Source: an uncultured Oscillospiraceae bacterium
Lineage (GTDB): Bacteria > Bacillota > Clostridia > Oscillospirales > SIG519
Length of the DNA stretch: 52,571 bases
Direction of reading: 5' to 3'
Assembly: GCA_964520885.1 (NCBI GenBank)
Contig: CAZFQD010000001.1
Coordinates: 1-52,571 of the forward strand
In this document: one piece after another, positions 18,234 through 27,109 of the stretch
Layout: the number at the start of each line of letters is the position of its first letter
Position numbering within the stretch: position 1 is the first letter of the stretch
The notes under the pieces: model-generated
What the model was told of the DNA's origin: nothing
Database searches by the model: none
The model's input: the letters and a program-made list of their open reading frames with translations, nothing else
Made by a program: the position numbers and the translations under genes

Positions 18234-18629
18234 ATGAGTAAAGTTATGGAAAAGGCAAATGAATTAGGCGAAGTTTTAAAGCAAGATGAAAGGTTTTTAG
18301 TTTATCAAGCAAAAAAAGAACAACATGATAATGATTTAGAACTTAAAAAAATGATTTCTGAATTTAATCTTACAAGAATGAATTTAGATAGTGAAATGAA
18401 GAAAGATGACCGTGATGATGAAAAGGTTCAATCTATTCAAAAAACGCTTGAGCAGCAATACAAAATCATTATGGATAATAAAAATATGAAAGAATTTATG
18501 ATGGCAAGAGAAGATTTAGAGGAAATTGTAAACAATATTTATGGCACAATTAATTACCATATAACAGGAGAGCAACAAGGCTGTGATGACTCTAAATGCG
18601 AAAGTTGTGGCGGAGGGTGTGAGCATTAA
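18234..18629 (+). CDS. ymcA: YlbF/YmcA-family regulatory protein with C-terminal Cys cluster
   Basis: 131-aa helical protein that follows miaB as in the B. subtilis ymcB-ymcA arrangement. C-terminal CDDSKCESCGGGCEH. Confidence 0.7.
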   Translation: MSKVMEKANELGEVLKQDERFLVYQAKKEQHDNDLELKKMISEFNLTRMNLDSEMKKDDRDDEKVQSIQKTLEQQYKIIMDNKNMKEFMMAREDLEEIVNNIYGTINYHITGEQQGCDDSKCESCGGGCEH

Positions 18630-18650
18630 ACATAATGTAGCATTATGTTT

Positions 18651-18767
18651 AATGTAATGAATACTGAATATTGAATAATGAATAATTTCGGTATCAAAAC
18701 TATTTTCTTTATAAAAATGATAAAGTGTAAGAGTCAAAAGTGTAGGGGCGATTATTAATCGCCCGAA
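18651..18767 (+). repeat. Composite repeat: (TGAATAN)x5 + core + GTAGGG-hairpin
   Basis: Heptamers at 18651-18685. Core TTTCGGTATCAAAACTATTTTCTTTAT (18686-18712). REP-like GTAGGGGCGATTATTAATCGCCCGAA (18742-18767). Confidence 0.6.
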
Positions 18768-18815
18768 TAATAAAATTGAATTATCGGGATTTTATTATTT
18801 GTAGAAAATGCAATT

Positions 18816-18940
18816 AAGAAATAAAAAAGAAGAAATAAGAATTAAGGTATCAAAACTATTTTCTTTATATTTATTAATATTTGTTACACAAGAAAAAACA
18901 GAAAATATTGACATTGCAACGGAACGGTCAAGACCGCTCC
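18816..18940 (+). repeat. Composite repeat: (AAGAANN)x5 + core + palindrome
   Basis: Heptamers at 18816-18850. Core AAGGTATCAAAACTATTTTCTTTAT (18844-18868). CGGAACGGTCAAGACCGCTCC (18920-18940). Confidence 0.6.
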
Positions 18941-19011
18941 AAAAGTTAAATTTATTGATTTTATTATTATTATAATTATTATTTAGATTTTGCGAAATGT
19001 GGTGAAAAGTT

Positions 19012-19515
19012 GTGAAAATACACATTATTGGCGGAAGTGGCACAGGCAAGTCATACATTGCGGAAAAAATATCTCGTAAGTTTGGAATGAAGCATTATGA
19101 TTTGGATGATATTTTTTGGGATAACGTAGCAGATACATATGGTACAAAAATGCCAATAGATAAGAGAACAGCTAAACTTAACGACATTCTTAAAAATGAC
19201 AACTGGGTAATTGAAGGTGTGTTTTACGATTGGCTTAGTGATAGTTTTTCGTTGGCGAATTACATTTTTATATTAAAAACAAAACCTATCGTTTTTAATT
19301 TCAGAATTATAAGAAGATTTTTTAGAAGAAAGTTTGGCATTGAAAAAGCGAAGAAAGAAACACTAAAATCTTTGAAGAATTTGCTTGTTTGGACGAACAA
19401 TTATCAAAAAAATAATATTCCAAAGATTGTATTATTTTTAGAGCCTTATAAGCAAAAAGTAATTTTGCTTAACAATGCCGAAAAAATATTAGATTATATT
19501 AACTTCACAAAATAA
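19012..19515 (+). CDS. P-loop NTPase, adenylate-kinase/FlaR-like (AAA family ATPase)
   Basis: GTG start. Walker A IIGGSGTGKSYIAEKI. ~165-aa single-domain kinase-like fold. Confidence 0.7.
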   Translation: MKIHIIGGSGTGKSYIAEKISRKFGMKHYDLDDIFWDNVADTYGTKMPIDKRTAKLNDILKNDNWVIEGVFYDWLSDSFSLANYIFILKTKPIVFNFRIIRRFFRRKFGIEKAKKETLKSLKNLLVWTNNYQKNNIPKIVLFLEPYKQKVILLNNAEKILDYINFTK

Positions 19516-19633
19516 CCCTTTAAAATGGGGAAACGATAAATATTTTATTATACAATAATTAAAAATGAGATTGCCACGCAATGTCAACTTTCAACTTTCC
19601 ACTTTCAACTTTCCACTTTCAATTTTCCACTCA
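19509..19633 (+). repeat. RAYT-like 3' remnant followed by a 7-unit heptamer array
   Basis: 19509-19544 matches 27425-27460 (35/36 nt; encodes NNPLKW.NDKY). (CAACTTT/CCACTTT)x7 at 19585-19633 ends 7 nt before the mutS RBS. Confidence 0.6.
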
Positions 19634-19654
19634 AAAACGAAAGGAAGATTATTT

Positions 19655-22258
19655 ATGTCCGAAATGTCCCCTATGATGAAGCAATACCTTGAAATAAAAG
19701 AAAAGAACAAAGATGCAATTGTATTTTTTCGTTTAGGCGACTTTTACGAAATGTTCTTTGAGGACGCAAAATTAGCCTCAAAGGAATTAGAACTTACCTT
19801 AACAGGCAGGGATTGTGGGCAAGAGGAAAGAGCCCCAATGTGTGGTATTCCTTACCATAGTTGTGATGGCTACATTGCAAGGCTTGTTCAAAAGGGTTAT
19901 AAGGTTGCCATCTGCGAGCAAACAGAAGACCCTTCACAGGCTAAGGGCATTGTAAAAAGAGAGGTTGTCCGAGTTATTACTCCGGGAACGGTTATAGATA
20001 CAGGAATGTTAGAGGAAAGCAAAAACAATTTTTTAGCTTGCGTTTACTTAAACAAAAACAGTGCCGGAATTTGCTTTGCAGACATTTCCACAGGAGAAAT
20101 ATTTGCAACTCAAACTACAAAAGAGGGCGTTGTTAGAATAGTAAACGAATTAGGCAGATTTTCGCCTAAGGAGGTTGTTGTAAATAGTGAGGCGAATGAA
20201 AGTAAAGAAATAAACTCATTTGCTAAGGATAAATTAAATTGTTTATTGTCAAAAGCAATGGACAGTGATTTTGAATTAGAAAAGTGTAAAAATATTGTAG
20301 ATGAGCATTTTGGAGAAAGTGCAAGCACTATAAATAAAGAAGATTGGGAAAATGCAATAAGAGCATTAGGAGTTTTAATTAAATATTTAAACGACACTCA
20401 AAAGGTTAATTTATCCCATTTGGTCAATCTTTCTTTATATGAGCAGTCACAATTTATGGATATAGATTTATTCACAAGGCGAAATTTAGAACTAACCGAA
20501 ACAATGCGACAAAAAGAGAAAAAAGGCTCTCTTTTATGGGTGCTTGATAAAACTAAAACTGCAATGGGTAGTAGAATGTTACGAAATTATATTGAACAGC
20601 CCTTAGTTAGTTGCACTTTAATTAATAAACGCTTAAATGCTGTGGACGAACTTAGCAAAGAGTATATTAAAAGGCAGGAAATTTGTAATGCCCTTGAAAA
20701 TGTTTATGATATTGAAAGGCTAATGACTAAGGTTGTTTTTGGCAATGCAAATGCAAGGGATTTAAAGGCATTGTCGGCAACTGTTTCGCATATGCCAAAT
20801 ATAAAAGAGCAGTTAAATGGGCTTTCTTCTGCTTTGATTAATGAGACGAATAATGCAATAGACAATTTAAAGGATATACATATTTTAATTGAGAGTGCGT
20901 TAACAGATGAACCTCCAATTACAATAAAAGAAGGAAATATTATTCGCAAAGGTTACAGCGAGCAAGTGGACGAACTACTCACTATTATTAATGATGGGCA
21001 ATCGTGGTTTTCAAAAATGGAAGCCACCGAGCGAGATAAAACTGGAATTAAGAAGTTGAAAATTGGCTATAATAAAATATTTGGATATTATATAGAGGTT
21101 ACCCCGTCTTATTATGATTTGGTGCCGGAAAGTTACATAAGAAAGCAAACTTTATCAAATTGTGAGAGGTTTATTACACAAGAATTAAAGGAAATGGAAA
21201 ATAAAATTCTTTCAGCCAAAGAGAAAATTACACAGCTTGAATACGAAATTTTTTGTGATGTGAAAAATGAGATTGCCACTGCGTTACACAGAATTCAAAA
21301 TACAGCCAGTGCAGTAGCAAGGCTTGATGTTTTGTGTTCTTTCGCAGAGGTGGCGGTAAAAAATAATTATATTATGCCACAGGTTGATTATAGCAATGTA
21401 ATTGATATAAAGGACGGGCGACACCCTGTTGTGGAAAAAATGCTTTCTAATTCTTTGTTTGTCCCAAATGACACTTATATGGACAATGACCAAAACAGAT
21501 TAAGCATAATAACAGGACCTAATATGGCAGGAAAATCTACATATATGAGGCAGGTAGCAATTATTGCTTTAATGGCTCAAATAGGCAGTTTTGTGCCAGC
21601 CACATCAGCAAGAATTGGCGTTGTGGACAAGATTTTTACAAGGGTTGGAGCATCGGACGATTTAGCGTCAGGTCAATCCACATTTATGGTTGAAATGAGT
21701 GAGGTTGCAAACATATTAGATAATGCCACTAAAAAAAGCCTTTTAATTTTTGACGAAATAGGCAGAGGAACCTCAACCTTTGACGGTATGAGCATTGCAA
21801 GAGCAGTGCTGGAATTTGTTGCTAATAAGAAAAAATTAGGAGCAAAAGCTTTGTTTGCAACCCATTATCACGAGTTAACCGAATTAGAGGAAATGGTTGA
21901 AGGGGTTAAAAATTACAATATCGCCGTTAAAAAAAGAGGGGACGATATTACCTTTTTAAGAAAAATCGTTCGTGGCGGTGCAGACGATAGTTATGGAATA
22001 GAGGTTGCAAAATTAGCGGGAATTCCGCACGAGGTAATAGAAAGAGCAAAGGATATTTTATTAAAATTAGAAGAGGGACAAGCGGTAGACAATTGCAAGG
22101 GTAATAATAAAAAGGTTATTGAAGACCCCTTAATGCAAATTTCAATGTCGGAAGGAAGCAATAACGAAATTATTGAAAAGTTAAAAAGCTTTGATTTGAA
22201 TGTTTTAACACCAATTGAAGCAATGAATATTTTGTATGAGTTAAAGAAGATGATGTAA
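19655..22258 (+). CDS. mutS: DNA mismatch repair protein MutS
   Basis: Start at MSEMSPMMKQYLEIK after an AAGGAAG RBS. Walker A GPNMAGKSTYMRQ, plus STFMVEM and DEIGRGTSTFDG. Confidence 0.95.
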   Translation: MSEMSPMMKQYLEIKEKNKDAIVFFRLGDFYEMFFEDAKLASKELELTLTGRDCGQEERAPMCGIPYHSCDGYIARLVQKGYKVAICEQTEDPSQAKGIVKREVVRVITPGTVIDTGMLEESKNNFLACVYLNKNSAGICFADISTGEIFATQTTKEGVVRIVNELGRFSPKEVVVNSEANESKEINSFAKDKLNCLLSKAMDSDFELEKCKNIVDEHFGESASTINKEDWENAIRALGVLIKYLNDTQKVNLSHLVNLSLYEQSQFMDIDLFTRRNLELTETMRQKEKKGSLLWVLDKTKTAMGSRMLRNYIEQPLVSCTLINKRLNAVDELSKEYIKRQEICNALENVYDIERLMTKVVFGNANARDLKALSATVSHMPNIKEQLNGLSSALINETNNAIDNLKDIHILIESALTDEPPITIKEGNIIRKGYSEQVDELLTIINDGQSWFSKMEATERDKTGIKKLKIGYNKIFGYYIEVTPSYYDLVPESYIRKQTLSNCERFITQELKEMENKILSAKEKITQLEYEIFCDVKNEIATALHRIQNTASAVARLDVLCSFAEVAVKNNYIMPQVDYSNVIDIKDGRHPVVEKMLSNSLFVPNDTYMDNDQNRLSIITGPNMAGKSTYMRQVAIIALMAQIGSFVPATSARIGVVDKIFTRVGASDDLASGQSTFMVEMSEVANILDNATKKSLLIFDEIGRGTSTFDGMSIARAVLEFVANKKKLGAKALFATHYHELTELEEMVEGVKNYNIAVKKRGDDITFLRKIVRGGADDSYGIEVAKLAGIPHEVIERAKDILLKLEEGQAVDNCKGNNKKVIEDPLMQISMSEGSNNEIIEKLKSFDLNVLTPIEAMNILYELKKMM

Positions 22259-22263
22259 ATTAA

Positions 22264-22536
22264 TTGTGGAATGGTCTTGACCATTCCGAAAAAGAAAACC
22301 TTGTATATATTATAACGGAACGGTCAAGACCGTTCCCTACCATACAAAAAATAATGGGTTTATACAAATCGGGTGTTTCAAAAAACATTCATTTAATTAA
22401 TGAAAAAATAGAAGTGTGGCAAAAATCATATTATGAACACATAATACGAAACGAACAAGATTACAAAGAAATCTATGAATACATAGAAAATAACCCTTTA
22501 AAATGGGAATTGGATAAATATTTTAACTTATCTTAA
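22264..22536 (+). pseudogene. 5'-truncated RAYT/IS200-like (Y1 HUH) transposase remnant with embedded palindromes
   Basis: C-terminal WQKSYYEHIIRNEQDYKEIYEYIENNPLKWELDKY is present but there is no HUH motif. Inverted palindromes GGAATGGTCTTGACCATTCC (22268-22287) and GGAACGGTCAAGACCGTTCC (22318-22337). Confidence 0.6.
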
Positions 22537-22615
22537 CACTAAAAGATTAATAGTATATAATAAAATTGAATTTTATATTAGTCGGAAAAATAAAAATAAC
22601 AATGCACAATTAATT

Positions 22616-22680
22616 AAAGAAAATGACTTTGAAACCGAAAATTTTCAATTTTCAATTTTCAACTTTTCACTTTCAACTTA
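22616..22680 (-). repeat. Core (inverted) + heptamer array upstream of mutL
   Basis: AAAGAAAATGACTTTGAAACCGAAA is the reverse complement of the core. (ATTTTCA/ACTTTCA)x6 at 22641-22680. Confidence 0.6.
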
Positions 22681-22696
22681 AAAAGGAGCCAAAAAA

Positions 22697-24493
22697 ATGG
22701 ACAAAATTAATGTCTTAGATAAGCACACAAGTGAATTAATTGCCGCCGGTGAGGTAGTGGAAAGACCTGCATCGGTTGTTAAGGAATTGGTGGAAAATTC
22801 AATTGATGCCGGTGCTACTTTAATTGTTGCGGAAATAAAAAACGGAGGGCTTTCCTACATTAGAATTACCGATAATGGTTGTGGAATGAGCGAAAATGAT
22901 GCAAAAACCTCATTTTTACGGCACGCCACAAGTAAAATACATAATAAAGACGATCTTCAAAGTATTAACACAATGGGCTTTAGAGGTGAGGCTCTTGCGG
23001 CAATTTCAGCAGTTTCCAAAATAGAGCTTTTTACAAAGGAAAAGGGAGCCCAAAACGGAACCAAAATTTCGGTTGAGGGAGGAGATATTTTAAGTATTTC
23101 TCCTGCCGGTTGCCCCGATGGAACCACAATAGTTGTAAAAGATTTGTTTTATAACACTCCGGCAAGGCTTGCTTTTATGAAAAAGGATAGCACCGAAGCC
23201 TCTTACATTGCTTTAATTTTAGATAAATTAGCACTCTCTAACCCTCACATTTCAATTCGTTTTATTAAAGAGGGGAAAGAAGACCTTTTTACAGCAGGAG
23301 ATAATAAACAGTTATCAGTTATTTATAGTGTTTATGGCAGAGATTTTGCAAATGGCTTATTAGAAACAAAGTATTCTTATAATGATATTACAATAAAGGG
23401 CTATATTTCTAAGCCCTTAAATGTTCGCCCTAACCGAAATATGCAGGTGTTTTTTGTAAATGGTAGGGTAATTCGTTCAAGGCTTTTAATGGCGGCATTA
23501 GAGCAAGGCTATAAAAACTCTATTATGACAGGGAAATTCCCTTGTTGTGTCCTAAATATAAAGGTAAATTTAAAAAAAGTGGATGTTAATGTTCATCCTT
23601 CAAAACAAGAGATAAAATTTTCTAATGAAAAGGATATTTTTGATGCACTTTATTTTACTGTTAAAAATGTATTGGAAAATGATTTAGGAAGAAAGGAAAT
23701 CCAACTTAAAAATGTTAATCCTGTTTTGGTAACTGATACCTTTAAAGCAGATGAGCCTATTAACCAAAACACTCAAAGGTTATTTAATTTACTCGATAAT
23801 ATGAAGACAGATGATAACTTTTCAGTAAAGCAAAATGACGAAATAACTTCACAGGTTAATTCCTTTAAAAGTCAAGAATATTCAAATAACACAAATGTTA
23901 AAGTTGAAATAGAAGACCAACCAATTATTGATTTTTTAGTAATTGGTCAAGCATTTAATACATATATAATTGTTCAAGAGGGACAAAGCATTTTATTTAT
24001 TGATAAACACGCAGGGCACGAAAGAATTATATATGAAGAGTTAAAAAACAATGATAATGAGGCAAATTCTCAAATATTGCTTAGCCCAATAGTTGTGAAT
24101 TTACCTAAGGACCATTGTGAATTTGTAATGAATAATATAGGTGAATTTGAAAATTTAGGATTTTCACTTGAAGATTTTGGAAATGGTAGTATAATAATTA
24201 GAGAAGTGCCTTTAATTTTACCCGAAAGTGAGATTGAAGGGGCAATAATGGAATTAGCAGGAATAATTAAGCATAACAAAGGGTGCATAAATTTAAAGGT
24301 AAAAGATGAAATTTTACATAGTGTAGCATGCAAGGCGGCAATAAAAGGTGGCAGTTTAATGAGCGAATTTGAGCAAAACAGCTTTGTTAGAATGCTTTTA
24401 TCAATGCCCGATATAAAGTATTGCCCTCATGGGCGACCGATAATTGTTGAAATGACAAGGTATCAGTTGGAGAAAATGTTTAAAAGAAGCTAA
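22697..24493 (+). CDS. mutL: DNA mismatch repair protein MutL
   Basis: GHKL ATPase N-terminus (IAAGEVVERPASVVKELVENSIDAG, DNGCGM, GFRGEAL) and a C-terminal dimerisation domain. Confidence 0.95.
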   Translation: MDKINVLDKHTSELIAAGEVVERPASVVKELVENSIDAGATLIVAEIKNGGLSYIRITDNGCGMSENDAKTSFLRHATSKIHNKDDLQSINTMGFRGEALAAISAVSKIELFTKEKGAQNGTKISVEGGDILSISPAGCPDGTTIVVKDLFYNTPARLAFMKKDSTEASYIALILDKLALSNPHISIRFIKEGKEDLFTAGDNKQLSVIYSVYGRDFANGLLETKYSYNDITIKGYISKPLNVRPNRNMQVFFVNGRVIRSRLLMAALEQGYKNSIMTGKFPCCVLNIKVNLKKVDVNVHPSKQEIKFSNEKDIFDALYFTVKNVLENDLGRKEIQLKNVNPVLVTDTFKADEPINQNTQRLFNLLDNMKTDDNFSVKQNDEITSQVNSFKSQEYSNNTNVKVEIEDQPIIDFLVIGQAFNTYIIVQEGQSILFIDKHAGHERIIYEELKNNDNEANSQILLSPIVVNLPKDHCEFVMNNIGEFENLGFSLEDFGNGSIIIREVPLILPESEIEGAIMELAGIIKHNKGCINLKVKDEILHSVACKAAIKGGSLMSEFEQNSFVRMLLSMPDIKYCPHGRPIIVEMTRYQLEKMFKRS

Positions 24494-24500
24494 ATTAATA

Positions 24501-24597
24501 TAGAATGTAGAATGTAGAATTTCGGTGTCAAAGCCATTTTCTTTATTTGAATTTTGCATATTGTTAAATTTGTCATTGCGAGTGAAACGAAGCAATC
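24501..24597 (+). repeat. Composite repeat: (TAGAATG)x3 + core + palindrome
   Basis: Core TTTCGGTGTCAAAGCCATTTTCTTTAT (24520-24546). GTCATTGCGAGTGAAACGAAGCAATC (24572-24597). Confidence 0.6.
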
Positions 24598-24636
24598 TCA
24601 TAATATTAGGGATAAAGGGATAAAGGAAAAATTATA

Positions 24637-25575
24637 ATGAAAAAACCAAATATTTTAGTTATATGCGGACCTACTGCTACAGGCAAAACAAAATTATCAA
24701 TTGAAATTGCTGCGTTAAAAAATGGCGAAATAATTTCGGCTGATTCAATGCAAATATATAAAAAAATGAATATTGGAACTGCAAAACCAACGATAAAGGA
24801 AAGACAAGGTGTAAAACACTATTTGATTGATGAAATAGAACCAAATGAGTCTTTTAGCGTTGTAAAATATAAAGATTTAGCAGTAAAATATATTGAAACT
24901 ATATTAAGTAATAACAAATTACCGATAATTGTTGGAGGAACAGGGCTATATATTAATTCAGTTATTGATAATTTGGAATTTCCAAATTACAAAGTAGATT
25001 ATGATTATAGAAATAAACTTTGCGAAATAGCCAAAAATGAAGGAGGTCAAAAGTTAAAAGAAATGCTTTTAAAGGTGGATGAAACCACCGCTTTGGCATT
25101 ACATAATAATGACATTAAAAGGCTTTGCCGAGCATTAGAAATATATAATACAACAGGAAAAACTCAAAGTTATTGGAATGAAAAGTCAAAGCAAAACCAA
25201 TGCTCATATAATCCTATTATGGTAGGGCTAACTTATAAGGATAGAAACTTGCTTTATGAAAAGATTAATTTAAGAGTAGATAAAATGTTAGAAAACGGCT
25301 TAATTGATGAGGTAAAAGAACTATTAAACAGTGGTTTGAATGAATTGGCAACCTCAATGCAAGCAATAGGGTATAAAGAATTAGCACTGTATTTAAAGGG
25401 CGAAACTACAAAAGAGAAAGCAATTGATAAAATCAAGCAAGAATCAAGAAGATATGCCAAAAGACAACTTACTTGGTTTAGAAATGATAATAGAATAAAA
25501 TGGATTTTCATTGATGAAACAAAAGAAAGCGAAAACATTTTAAAAAACATTTTAAATTATATGGAAATTAATTAA
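24637..25575 (+). CDS. miaA: tRNA dimethylallyltransferase MiaA
   Basis: P-loop GPTATGKT, SADSMQIYKKMNIGTAKP and GGTGLY motifs. Confidence 0.95.
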   Translation: MKKPNILVICGPTATGKTKLSIEIAALKNGEIISADSMQIYKKMNIGTAKPTIKERQGVKHYLIDEIEPNESFSVVKYKDLAVKYIETILSNNKLPIIVGGTGLYINSVIDNLEFPNYKVDYDYRNKLCEIAKNEGGQKLKEMLLKVDETTALALHNNDIKRLCRALEIYNTTGKTQSYWNEKSKQNQCSYNPIMVGLTYKDRNLLYEKINLRVDKMLENGLIDEVKELLNSGLNELATSMQAIGYKELALYLKGETTKEKAIDKIKQESRRYAKRQLTWFRNDNRIKWIFIDETKESENILKNILNYMEIN

Positions 25576-25616
25576 AGTATATGGTATAATAAGGAAAAAA
25601 TAAAGGAGAGAGAGAA

Positions 25617-25856
25617 ATGAACAAGGTATTAAATTTGCAGGATGTATTTTTAAATCAAGTTAGGAAGGAAAAAATCAATGTTACAGTATTCTTAACAAAT
25701 GGTTTTCAATTTAAAGGATATGTTAAAGGTTTCGATACTTTTATAGTTATTTTGGAATGCGATATGAAACAGCAATTAGTATATAAGCATGCAATTTCTA
25801 CTATTATTCCAGCTAGGTCTGTCAGTATTTTAAATTCTTTAGATACAATCGAATAA
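25617..25856 (+). CDS. hfq: RNA chaperone Hfq
   Basis: 79 aa with Sm1/Sm2 motifs ([34 protein letters not shown]...VYKHAISTI). Confidence 0.9.
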   Translation: MNKVLNLQDVFLNQVRKEKINVTVFLTNGFQFKGYVKGFDTFIVILECDMKQQLVYKHAISTIIPARSVSILNSLDTIE

Positions 25857-25871
25857 TTTTGGTGGTGAAAC

Positions 25872-27092
25872 TTGGTGAAGAATAAAGGTACAAAAATTTA
25901 TTTAGTAATAGCTGTAATAATTATTTCCGCATATGCAATAATTCAAGCAATATTTTTGTTTGCAAAGCCTTTAAAAACTGAAAAATTAGTTGAATTTACT
26001 GCTGATGATTTTATTTCATCAGAAGGTTTTATTATGCGAAAGGAAACTCTAATTAAGACTTCTAATAGTGGCTCTCCTGAATATTTAGTTGGAGAGGGAG
26101 AAAAAGTTAAAAAAGATAGTATTATTGCAGTAATGTATTCGGGTAACGATGATGTAGCCACAAAAAACAAAATTAATGATTTGGAAAAGAAAATTAGTCA
26201 AATTGAGAATAGTCTTAGCACAAATGATTTATTTATGTCTGATGCTTTAAAATTGGAAAATATGATTGAAGAAAAGCTAATGCTCATTGCTAAGGCAAGC
26301 GGAACAAAAAAAACCGTTTTAGTTTCACAATATACAAATGAATTGCAAACCTTACTAAATAAAAAGCAAATTATTTTAGGTGAGGTTGAAGGTTTTGACA
26401 AAAAACTTAAGAGTTTAAAGCAAGAGAGAGATAACTTAAAAGAAAACTTTTCAGGGCAGTTTGCCAATGTATCAACACCAGTAGCAGGTTTTTTTTCAAG
26501 TGAATTTGATGGTTATGAAAATCTCTTAGAACCGGAATTTTTAAAGAAGAATGGATTTTCTGCTTTTAATGAAGTTTTAGCATTAAAAAGCGGTTCAAAT
26601 AAACCCTCAAATTATATAGGCAAAATTATTGAGGATTTTAAAATGTATTATGCATGCATAATGCCTTTTAAACAAATAAGGGATTATTCAGTTGGAGACA
26701 ACTTTAAAATTAGGTTTGAAAATTCAAAAGGAGGAGAAGTTAATTCAAGCATTTGGCATATGGATGAAAGTAGCCAAGATGTTCTTGTTATATTTGAATG
26801 CGATACTGCTAATTCGCAAACTAATAATTTAAGGAAAGAAAAAGCACAAATTATTACCAAAAATTATAAAGGCTATAAGGTAAATAAATCAGCTGTTCGA
26901 ATGATTGATAATACTACCGGAATTTTTGTTTTAGTTGGAGTTCAAATTCAGTTTAAACCTGTAAAAGTCCTTTTTTCAAGGGATGATTATATGATAATAG
27001 TTGCAGATAGTGAAAAAAGGGGTAGCCTTATGACTAATGAACAGGTTGTAGTTGAAGGCAAAGAACTTTTTGATGGGAAAATCGTGAAATAA
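25872..27092 (+). CDS. HlyD-like membrane-fusion/barrel-sandwich protein with N-terminal TM anchor and coiled coil
   Basis: N-terminal TM helix, a lipoyl-like GEGEKVKKDSIIAV segment and a long coiled coil. The start is ambiguous (TTG 25872 or GTG 25875). Confidence 0.5.
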   Translation: MVKNKGTKIYLVIAVIIISAYAIIQAIFLFAKPLKTEKLVEFTADDFISSEGFIMRKETLIKTSNSGSPEYLVGEGEKVKKDSIIAVMYSGNDDVATKNKINDLEKKISQIENSLSTNDLFMSDALKLENMIEEKLMLIAKASGTKKTVLVSQYTNELQTLLNKKQIILGEVEGFDKKLKSLKQERDNLKENFSGQFANVSTPVAGFFSSEFDGYENLLEPEFLKKNGFSAFNEVLALKSGSNKPSNYIGKIIEDFKMYYACIMPFKQIRDYSVGDNFKIRFENSKGGEVNSSIWHMDESSQDVLVIFECDTANSQTNNLRKEKAQIITKNYKGYKVNKSAVRMIDNTTGIFVLVGVQIQFKPVKVLFSRDDYMIIVADSEKRGSLMTNEQVVVEGKELFDGKIVK

Positions 27093-27109
27093 TTGCAAAT
27101 TGCAAATGA

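Noticed and set aside
18795-19058. Track ORFs 18795-19058 (-), 18516-18737 (-) and 24401-24601 (-)
   Set aside because: They are composed almost entirely of the dispersed repeat (heptamers, core, palindromes), so they are translation artefacts of repeats.
19585-19633. Heptamer arrays as possible CRISPR arrays
   Set aside because: The units are 7 nt long, contiguous and without spacers. There are no 24-40-nt repeats with unique spacers and no cas genes in the window.
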